A model generated the notes under the pieces. That model was not told where the DNA came from and did no database searches. It saw nothing but the letters and a program-made list of their open reading frames with translations. Source: Candidatus Woesearchaeota archaeon (GTDB lineage: Archaea; Nanobdellota; Nanobdellia; Woesearchaeales; JAGWAF01). Taken from it: a stretch of 35,811 nucleotides of DNA. Below, piece after piece: positions 30,242-35,811 of this stretch; positions within the stretch are counted from its first letter, which is position 1, and every line of letters starts with the position of its first letter. Location: assembly GCA_018302085.1 (NCBI GenBank), contig JAGWAF010000009.1, forward strand, positions 1 to 35,811. Reading direction: 5' to 3'. The translations under genes and the position numbers were made by a program.

Positions 30242-31222
30242 TTATATGGTTTGCGCAGGATTTGGGTTAGTTGCTGTCAGTCGTTCAAACTCCTCGATAA
30301 ACTGTTTTGCAATGTCTTCGTCATGCAGAATAAGGATGTTTTCATCGTTTCTTTCATTTCCATTTTGCGTGGGGTTCATGGAGCCTGTGACGACTGTTTT
30401 TTCATCGATGATGAAGACTTTGTGATGCATAATCCCTGGATTCGTATCAGGAATGAGTTGAATGTTTTCCTTGTTCTGCAATGCAGTGTAAGCGTAATCC
30501 ATATTTTGTCGTCTTTTTTCAAACAAGACATTTATTTTTACGTTGTTCTTAGCTTTTTCCAGTAAGGTGTTAACTATCGCTCTATCCGTAAAGCTAAACG
30601 TCATCGCAAGGATTTCCTGTTTTGCAGCTTTGAGTTCTTCAACAACTTCTGTTCCGCAGTCGTCTTCTGGGCAGAAATAGTTTTCGATTATTTTATTATT
30701 ATATTTTATGATGGGATATTTCACTTTATTTCCTTTTCCGAACGTTCCTTTGTAGAGTTCTTCAAATTCTGCTTCATAATTTTCTGCAAGATATTTCGAT
30801 GGGACAATGACTACATTATTATTATTTTTTTCAAAACTAGCAGTTGTTGGGTTGGTGCTGCCCGTCCATATGCTGGCTTTGTTGAGAATGCAAAATTTGT
30901 TATGCATGAGCTGATAACCCTTGTTTGTTATTGGATTAATGATTTTATTTTTATCATTAAGACTTTCTTTATCGATGATAACTCGAGCTTTCTTTTCTTT
31001 CAATCTTTCTATCATCTTAGGGGTGTTCAATTCATATAGTGCGCAATCCAATGATGATGCGGAGGCTGTCCATTCTAGGAAACGGTTTTCACAATCATCT
31101 TTAGGGCAGAAGAAGGCCTGGATGGAAGGTCCGTTTTCTTCTGGAATATGGTATGTTATGGCGCCTTGGAATGCACAGCTTGAGAGAAATAGTAGGATAA
31201 CAAGGATGATTATTTTTTTCAT
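30242..31222 (-). CDS. secreted phospholipase D/nuclease superfamily protein with two HKD motifs
   Basis: HKD1 is HNKFCILNKASIWTGSTNPT. HKD2 is HHKVFIIDEKTVVTGSMNPT. The signal peptide ends in a lipobox-like LSSC. Confidence 0.85.
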   Translation of the reverse strand: MKKIIILVILLFLSSCAFQGAITYHIPEENGPSIQAFFCPKDDCENRFLEWTASASSLDCALYELNTPKMIERLKEKKARVIIDKESLNDKNKIINPITNKGYQLMHNKFCILNKASIWTGSTNPTTASFEKNNNNVVIVPSKYLAENYEAEFEELYKGTFGKGNKVKYPIIKYNNKIIENYFCPEDDCGTEVVEELKAAKQEILAMTFSFTDRAIVNTLLEKAKNNVKINVLFEKRRQNMDYAYTALQNKENIQLIPDTNPGIMHHKVFIIDEKTVVTGSMNPTQNGNERNDENILILHDEDIAKQFIEEFERLTATNPNPAQTI

Positions 31223-31276
31223 AACATCCTTAACAAAAAAGTCTTTATATCTTCTTTGGTGAAAAAACCGGAAAAA

Positions 31277-31831
31277 CTACTCCTCTTTCCGTAATTCTTC
31301 TATGCTTTTTTTAATTGAGAACTTAATTCCTGGATAGCGTTGTTCAAACTGGTCTAATTTTTCTGCTAGGGAATCTTTGTTGCCTCCTTTCAAGGGAAGA
31401 TTTTTCGCCTTGGCGTAGGCAATGACTTCCGCATCAGATACATTTCCAAGGATGGTAATAATCTTATCTTCAGGAATGTTCTCTACTTGTTTATTGAAAA
31501 ATAAGGCTTCGAAAAAACCGAGGATTTCGTCATCCATATCTTTCGGGATCACTACACGATCATAGTCCTTTGCAAGGATTAAGAGATCTTTTTCCCAGCC
31601 AATGCCTACCTTCTTTTCCTCTATCGTCAGGGGCATTTCTTTGAGAATACTTTGCAGGATGGCTTTCTCAACATGGTATTCTGTACTGTCATCGTTGATC
31701 AACAGGACTTTGGAGCCTTTTTGGAACCATTTGTGGGATCTACAGTCCTTCCTGACACGTTTTTCGATAACCAGGGCTATTTTTTCGAAATCTGTTGCAT
31801 TTACTTGGTGCAAGGGGTTTTCTGCTGCCAT
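31277..31831 (-). CDS. hypothetical protein; resembles a PP-loop ATPase fold with a degenerate P-loop
   Basis: KVLLINDDSTEY aligns where SGGKDS normally sits. AEVIAYAKAKNLP and a C-terminal helix are typical of the family. A TATA box TTTTTAAA (31853-31860, minus strand) lies 22 nt upstream of the ATG. Confidence 0.55.
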   Translation of the reverse strand: MAAENPLHQVNATDFEKIALVIEKRVRKDCRSHKWFQKGSKVLLINDDSTEYHVEKAILQSILKEMPLTIEEKKVGIGWEKDLLILAKDYDRVVIPKDMDDEILGFFEALFFNKQVENIPEDKIITILGNVSDAEVIAYAKAKNLPLKGGNKDSLAEKLDQFEQRYPGIKFSIKKSIEELRKEE

Positions 31832-31903
31832 GGCTCTGTTGCGGGGATCTCCTTTAAAAATCTTGGTTGTTTACCACTCCTCAGTACTATCAAAATAGAA
31901 AGG

Positions 31904-31915
31904 TTTAAATATAAG
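31904..31915 (+). promoter_or_regulatory. TATA box TTTAAATATAAG with no protein gene downstream on this strand
   Basis: This is the third copy of the 12-mer. It predicts a TSS near 31934. Confidence 0.45.
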
Positions 31916-31933
31916 TTCTACTATTCCTGAGTA

Positions 31934-32011
31934 GTGATACTTTAAGAGGTATTCCGATCTATCACCTCTTTTTCCCGCACAGACAGGCTTGTACTGTCTG
32001 TGAGGGTTTTT
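31934..32011 (+). ncRNA. candidate small RNA module 1 (anti-SD-like motif + GC hairpin + T5)
   Basis: The motif CTATCACCTCTTTTTCCC lies at 31959-31976. The hairpin pairs CCCGCACAGACAG (31974-31986) with CTGTCTGTGAGGG (31994-32006). T5 lies at 32007-32011. An upstream AAGAGGT (31944-31950) can pair with ACCTCTT (31964-31970). Confidence 0.35.
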
Positions 32012-32015
32012 AATA
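32008..32015 (+). promoter_or_regulatory. TATA-like TTTTAATA for module 2
   Basis: It overlaps the T-run of module 1 and predicts a TSS near 32038. Confidence 0.3.
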
Positions 32016-32037
32016 AAAAAGAGGTAAAATAAGCTTT

Positions 32038-32110
32038 ATTTGTTAACCTATCCAACTCTATCACCTCTTTTCCCTGGCCAAGAACATCATGTTCTTGGCG
32101 GGGTTTTTTT
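32038..32110 (+). ncRNA. candidate small RNA module 2 (same motif, different hairpin, T7)
   Basis: The motif CTATCACCTCTTTTCCC lies at 32058-32074. The hairpin is GCCAAGAAC-ATCAT-GTTCTTGGC within 32072-32103. T7 lies at 32104-32110. An upstream AAAAGAGGT (32017-32025) can pair with ACCTCTTTT (32063-32071). Confidence 0.35.
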
Positions 32111-33983
32111 ACTCCTCAGAAGTCTGCTTTTTTGACTTCAGAAGATAACATGTCACTAAAATTCCTATGCCGAGGCCAAGAAGGAAGGGCCAGACTTTTT
32201 CTGTGTCAAGAGAAAAGCTCAGCAGTTTCTTTTTTTCAAAATAAATATCTAAATTGCTTAACTCTAAGGAGTACTCTGCAAATAATAATGAAGAACCCTT
32301 ATCTTCTTCTAGCAATGAAGAGGAGTATTCGTAATAACTATACCCCAAAATAGGGAAAATACCATGCTCCTGCTGATCGATGATTGTTTTCTTCGCAATT
32401 CTTAATTTCTGTTGTAGTATCGCGTCTACCTGATCGTCGCGAACACCAATTAAATTTAAAATAACGTTCACTTCAGCAACCGTTTTACTTGCACGATATA
32501 AACATAAGGCCATATTGCCTTGTTGATAATCCTGAAATGCCGTTTCCAGGGATTTTCGAATTTCCTCTAATTGGCCTGGCAAATATTCATTTGCATAATT
32601 GTACCTTTCTTCAACTTCAGAAAGCTTTTGTTTACATGATTCGCTCAACTGCTCATTGTCCATATTGAATTTTGTGCTTTCTCCGTTGAAAAATTCACTC
32701 CACGAAACCGCAGAGTAGAGGCGCTCACCTGCATACGCGAGTAATGTTGCAAGCGCATCCGTGTTATTCAGATTTTCCCAGGTCAAATTCATGTATCCAT
32801 CAGCTTCTTCAAGGCGCTCTTTCACAATCATGAAAGTTTGTAAATCATTAATTGTTTCAATCTTTTTCGCATCAATCTTCTTTTCAATTTCAATGAGGGA
32901 AGATTGTACAGTGTTAATTTTCTCAATAGCTTGTTCTGGTGATGGACGTTGCATTTTATAGAGAAGAGTGGCAGCTGCTACATTCGCTCTGAAGCAGAAC
33001 GACGCTGCTGAATAATAATGTTCTTCGCCGTAGAGCCTTTCAGAACTTTTTAAGAGCCTAACGATATCTTGCTCAGAATTTTGCATTGCGTCATCCCAAT
33101 TTGTATCTTCACGCTGCTCTGCAATGTCTGAAACTAATTTCTGTGTTCTGTCACAGAGCTTTTTGGTCAATTTCTGCATCACTTCTGAGTATGAAGGATC
33201 GATTTCCAACTCTTTTTTTACTTTTTTGGGTTTTTCACCTAGGAAATACCACAAAGCTTGCTCCACATCTGCAACTTCCAAAACATCCATCTGAAGTTGT
33301 TTTCCGTACTGCACAAGATCGAGAAGCCTTTCTTTATTTTCTACAATTGAAACAACAGCCGCATCGCGCAATCCAGTTTGATTGGCTTCTTTCGCACCTT
33401 GGTCAAAGTAACGATCACCCATGGGAATGAGCACGGTTGTCATGCCCGCTTGCTTTGCAGCGTCCATTTTTTCTTTAATAGAACCCACAGGACCGATAAA
33501 ATTTCCTGAGTTAATCGTTCCAGTCATTGCGATGTGCTTGTTTAATTCCTTTCCTTCCAGCACTGCAATTGTGAGAACTGTTGCTGCAGCGCCGGCACTA
33601 GGACCAGCAACAATGCCAGAATTTGCTTTCATCGTATAAATAAAATCATATTTGTTACAGTTCATATCCAGATATTTACACGCAATCTGCTGTGCGAAAC
33701 GCATCGAAATCTGGGTTCCGACTTTTGTTAAGGGAAACGTGTCTAAGAAAACCCTGCCTTGACCCTGCCTAACTTCAAGATGTAAATTTGCAACATCTCC
33801 TGCTTCTGTTCCATCAGGGTATTGGGAAACTGCCAAAAGGGTAATATCGCCCTCTTTGATAGCTGCCACCGACGGCAGGAGAACTAGGATAAAAAGGAAT
33901 GTGAGCGTATACTGTTTCTTTCCCCCCATACAGCTTAGAAAATCGTTACGGTTTTTAAGTGTTATGATTGTTTGTCCCTTCAC
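32109..33983 (-). CDS. membrane-anchored Lon-type (MEROPS S16) peptidase domain protein without an AAA+ module, plus long helical domain and C-terminal TM
   Basis: The S16 catalytic Ser motif is GPSAGAAATVLTIAVLEG and the Lys motif is GSIKEKMDAAKQAGMTTVLIP. A signal or anchor sequence is present (YTLTFLFILVLLPSVAA; Met19 at 33929 is an alternative start). The C-terminal TM is VWPFLLGLGIGILVTCYLL. No Walker motifs are present. Confidence 0.8.
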   Translation of the reverse strand: MKGQTIITLKNRNDFLSCMGGKKQYTLTFLFILVLLPSVAAIKEGDITLLAVSQYPDGTEAGDVANLHLEVRQGQGRVFLDTFPLTKVGTQISMRFAQQIACKYLDMNCNKYDFIYTMKANSGIVAGPSAGAAATVLTIAVLEGKELNKHIAMTGTINSGNFIGPVGSIKEKMDAAKQAGMTTVLIPMGDRYFDQGAKEANQTGLRDAAVVSIVENKERLLDLVQYGKQLQMDVLEVADVEQALWYFLGEKPKKVKKELEIDPSYSEVMQKLTKKLCDRTQKLVSDIAEQREDTNWDDAMQNSEQDIVRLLKSSERLYGEEHYYSAASFCFRANVAAATLLYKMQRPSPEQAIEKINTVQSSLIEIEKKIDAKKIETINDLQTFMIVKERLEEADGYMNLTWENLNNTDALATLLAYAGERLYSAVSWSEFFNGESTKFNMDNEQLSESCKQKLSEVEERYNYANEYLPGQLEEIRKSLETAFQDYQQGNMALCLYRASKTVAEVNVILNLIGVRDDQVDAILQQKLRIAKKTIIDQQEHGIFPILGYSYYEYSSSLLEEDKGSSLLFAEYSLELSNLDIYFEKKKLLSFSLDTEKVWPFLLGLGIGILVTCYLLKSKKQTSEE

Positions 33984-34951
33984 TTAAGAATACTTGGATC
34001 TTGCTTCACGTTGAACTGATCGAAGAGTTCTAATTCTCTTGCTAATTCTGCTTCTCTTTTATGCTGCTCTTGGTCATGCTGTTCATCTTGCCAGCCGATA
34101 AATATTTTTGACTTTCCCCCTTTGGTTTCTATTTCTTTCGTCATTTCTACCAATGCTTTTTTAGCGTCTTCTAAATTGGCTCTTGGATGGCCTGGATACA
34201 TAGCTCTGCTTCTCTTTGTTTGGTAAAATGGATGATAATTAAAATCTACAGATACACTATATTTTTCAGCTAAATCTAAACTGTATCTCACTGTTTCAAC
34301 TGCTTCCCTAATTGCTTCTTCCCCAACTAATTCAGGAGGCTGAAAGACAACGTTGATATCCATACCTGCTCTTTCAGTATAGTTGCTTACAACTTTGAAT
34401 GCTCCTTCTATACCTTTTCTAGTCATTTTTTTATTTAACTTTCCCATTCTTATCCCATCACTTTGAGATTCAATTCCCAAAATAACTCTCATTTGCTGAT
34501 CTGTTCGTAATTTGTTAACAACGTACTCTAGCGCATCTGCTGTTACGAACATTTCTCTCGAATCTAAAGAAACAATTCCACATTTTTGCAGAGACGCGAC
34601 ATAATCTACTATCATGCCCAATGTTCCTCTCGACATTTCCCTTTCGTTTAAGGTTGAACCTGAATTATAGATGACAAGATGATCAATGGTGGGGGGGACA
34701 GCGCTGTAGTATCGCTTGAAAAATTTTAACCTCTGTTCATTCATATCTGGGGTAAATTGTGTTCCTTCTCCAGTGCCAATATCACAATGATAGCACTGCT
34801 TTGCTGTGAAAAATGGGCATTCACCACCTTTGGATTCATTTCCAAATACTAACGCCAAACGATTACCATAAATATCTCTCATGGGTGTAAAGAGTGTTGA
34901 CGTATCAGGAATTATAGAATTTTCATTCACGTTGTTCGCCTCTCGTAACAA
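33980..34951 (-). CDS. radical-SAM-like TIM-barrel protein with non-canonical Cys cluster (CX8CX2C)
   Basis: The Cys cluster is GGECPFFTAKQCYHCDIG. It is followed by Elp3-like core segments (LVIYNSGSTLNE, VILGIESQSDGIRMGKLNKKMT). It may belong to the archaeal TIGR01210-like group, but that is from memory and unverified. Its stop overlaps the Lon gene start as ATGA. Confidence 0.6.
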   Translation of the reverse strand: MLREANNVNENSIIPDTSTLFTPMRDIYGNRLALVFGNESKGGECPFFTAKQCYHCDIGTGEGTQFTPDMNEQRLKFFKRYYSAVPPTIDHLVIYNSGSTLNEREMSRGTLGMIVDYVASLQKCGIVSLDSREMFVTADALEYVVNKLRTDQQMRVILGIESQSDGIRMGKLNKKMTRKGIEGAFKVVSNYTERAGMDINVVFQPPELVGEEAIREAVETVRYSLDLAEKYSVSVDFNYHPFYQTKRSRAMYPGHPRANLEDAKKALVEMTKEIETKGGKSKIFIGWQDEQHDQEQHKREAELARELELFDQFNVKQDPSILK

Positions 34952-35811
34952 TATAATCTCCCATGATCAAATAGTCAATCCCTGTTTTGAGAAAGGTGTT
35001 TATGGCATCTTGGGGGGTGCAAACGATCGGTTCTTGGTCATTGAAAGAGGTATTCAGAAGAACAGGAACGCCTGTCAGTTTTTCAAATTCTTGTAAGAGT
35101 CTGTAATAACTAGGATTCACTTTTCTTTCCACAGTCTGGATTCTTGCAGTTCCATCAACATGGGTCACTGCGGGAATCTTGCTTCTTTTTTCTTCACGTA
35201 CTTTACATGCCATCAACATATACTTTGCAGGGGTTGGATTTCCCGAAATTACAAACCATTCTGAAGCTTTCTCTTCTAATACGCTTGGACAGAAAGGTCT
35301 GAAGGGTTCTCGGTGTTTTACTTTCTCGTTTAGCAGGGCAACCGCATTTGTTCTCCTAGGATCATAAAGAAGCGATCTGTTCCCTAACGCCCTTGGTCCG
35401 ATCTCCATTGCTCCCCGGAACCAAGCGATAACATTTCCATCATTCAATAATTCGGCGGTTTTTATCTCAATTGCATCACTTTTTTCATAGGTTAATCCAC
35501 TCTTTTCTAACGCTGCTCTTATTTCCTCATCAGAGAATTCAGCGCTTAAAAAAGGACTGTTAAAAACATATGATCTTGGATTTTCCTGTACCTGATTCCA
35601 CACATAAAATGCCGCACCTAGTGCCGTTCCTGCATCATGTGCCGCGGGCTGAATAAAGACATCATCAAAAATTCTTTCTTCCAATAGTTTTCCGTTAGCC
35701 ACACAGTTCAGAGCAACCCCTCCAGATAAGCACAATTGTTTTGCTCCTGTTTTTCTCTTTAGCCAACGCGCCAATTTTATAACAACCTCTTCAGTGAGTT
35801 CCTGAAGAGCG
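34923..35811 (-). CDS. NodU/CmcH-family carbamoyltransferase, C-terminal ~295 aa (5' end beyond the window)
   Basis: The frame stays open to the window edge (ALQELTEEVVIKLARWLK..). Motifs LCLSGGVALNCVANG, VTHVDGTARIQTV and LLNTSFN are present. Confidence 0.9.
   Translation of the reverse strand, partial: ALQELTEEVVIKLARWLKRKTGAKQLCLSGGVALNCVANGKLLEERIFDDVFIQPAAHDAGTALGAAFYVWNQVQENPRSYVFNSPFLSAEFSDEEIRAALEKSGLTYEKSDAIEIKTAELLNDGNVIAWFRGAMEIGPRALGNRSLLYDPRRTNAVALLNEKVKHREPFRPFCPSVLEEKASEWFVISGNPTPAKYMLMACKVREEKRSKIPAVTHVDGTARIQTVERKVNPSYYRLLQEFEKLTGVPVLLNTSFNDQEPIVCTPQDAINTFLKTGIDYLIMGDYIVTRGEQRE

Noticed and set aside
31920-31960. C/D-box sRNA reading (CTGA at 31927, GTGATAC at 31934; GGTGATAG on the minus strand)
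   Set aside because: The box sequences are imperfect (no RUGAUGA). The order and spacing do not give a C...D' / C'...D layout or a terminal kink-turn stem on either strand.
31950-32062. 37-codon minus-strand mini-ORF (TTG start 5 nt after GAGGTGAT at ~32058) spanning both repeat modules, and a 31-codon plus-strand TTG ORF from 32040
   Set aside because: Both use weak TTG starts and run through hairpins and T/A runs. Neither shows any coding signature. I treat them as chance ORFs in AT-rich sequence.
31974-32110. Hairpins interpreted simply as terminators of the minus-strand Lon operon
   Set aside because: The T-runs follow the hairpins only on the plus strand. On the minus strand the hairpins are preceded by A-runs. 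The first minus-strand T6 is at 32015-32020, so it may terminate the operon, but that does not explain the duplicated motif, the plus-strand TATA boxes or the second module. I keep this as an alternative in the finding.
1-35811. Mobile-element hallmarks (integrase, transposase, IS inverted repeats, att duplications at the tRNA), CRISPR arrays, reverse transcriptase/DGR, toxin-antitoxin pairs
   Set aside because: None of the ORFs shows the corresponding catalytic motifs. I found no long direct or inverted repeats flanking any segment. The only tRNA is not adjacent to the AT-rich accessory block.

Overview
This is a gene-dense, AT-rich window that reads as archaeal. Evidence: an AglB/STT3 oligosaccharyltransferase with a WWDFG motif, a geranylgeranyl reductase, and TTTAWATA boxes 22-26 nt upstream of many start codons (leaderless transcripts). 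First genes are leaderless and internal operon genes use GGAGG-type SD sites. The many secreted or anchored proteins and salvage-type metabolism suggest a DPANN-like episymbiont; this is inference only.

Layout:
(i) 2-11828: a convergent ugd fragment, then a 10-gene minus-strand block covering N-glycosylation and lipid modification. It holds a methyltransferase, an AsnB-type amidotransferase, 3 glycosyltransferases, an epimerase, DUF2304, a Dol-P GT2, aglB and a geranylgeranyl reductase.
(ii) 11994-21223: a cell-surface block. It holds a dockerin-like/DNDxDG-repeat protein, a candidate S-layer protein, a very large multi-TM protein with an apparent +1 frame break, and another anchored beta-rich protein. 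A D-2-hydroxyacid dehydrogenase, tRNA-Trp and DUF192 are interleaved.
(iii) 21309-26585: an AT-richer accessory stretch with hypotheticals, a CobD-like PLP enzyme/HAD/methyltransferase operon, a 367-nt palindrome-rich non-coding gap, and a bacterial-type ORF6N plus PLD-like gene.
(iv) 26628-31831: SAH hydrolase, Lrp, a Cys-rich lipoprotein, a PfkB kinase, a secreted two-HKD PLD, and a degenerate PP-loop protein.
(v) 31832-32108: two tandem promoter / anti-SD-like motif / hairpin / oligo-T modules. This is my best candidate for something undescribed.
(vi) 32109 to beyond 35811: an operon of a carbamoyltransferase, a non-canonical radical-SAM-like protein and an ATPase-less anchored Lon (S16) protease.

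I recognised no CRISPR array, rRNA, transposase, integrase or reverse transcriptase.
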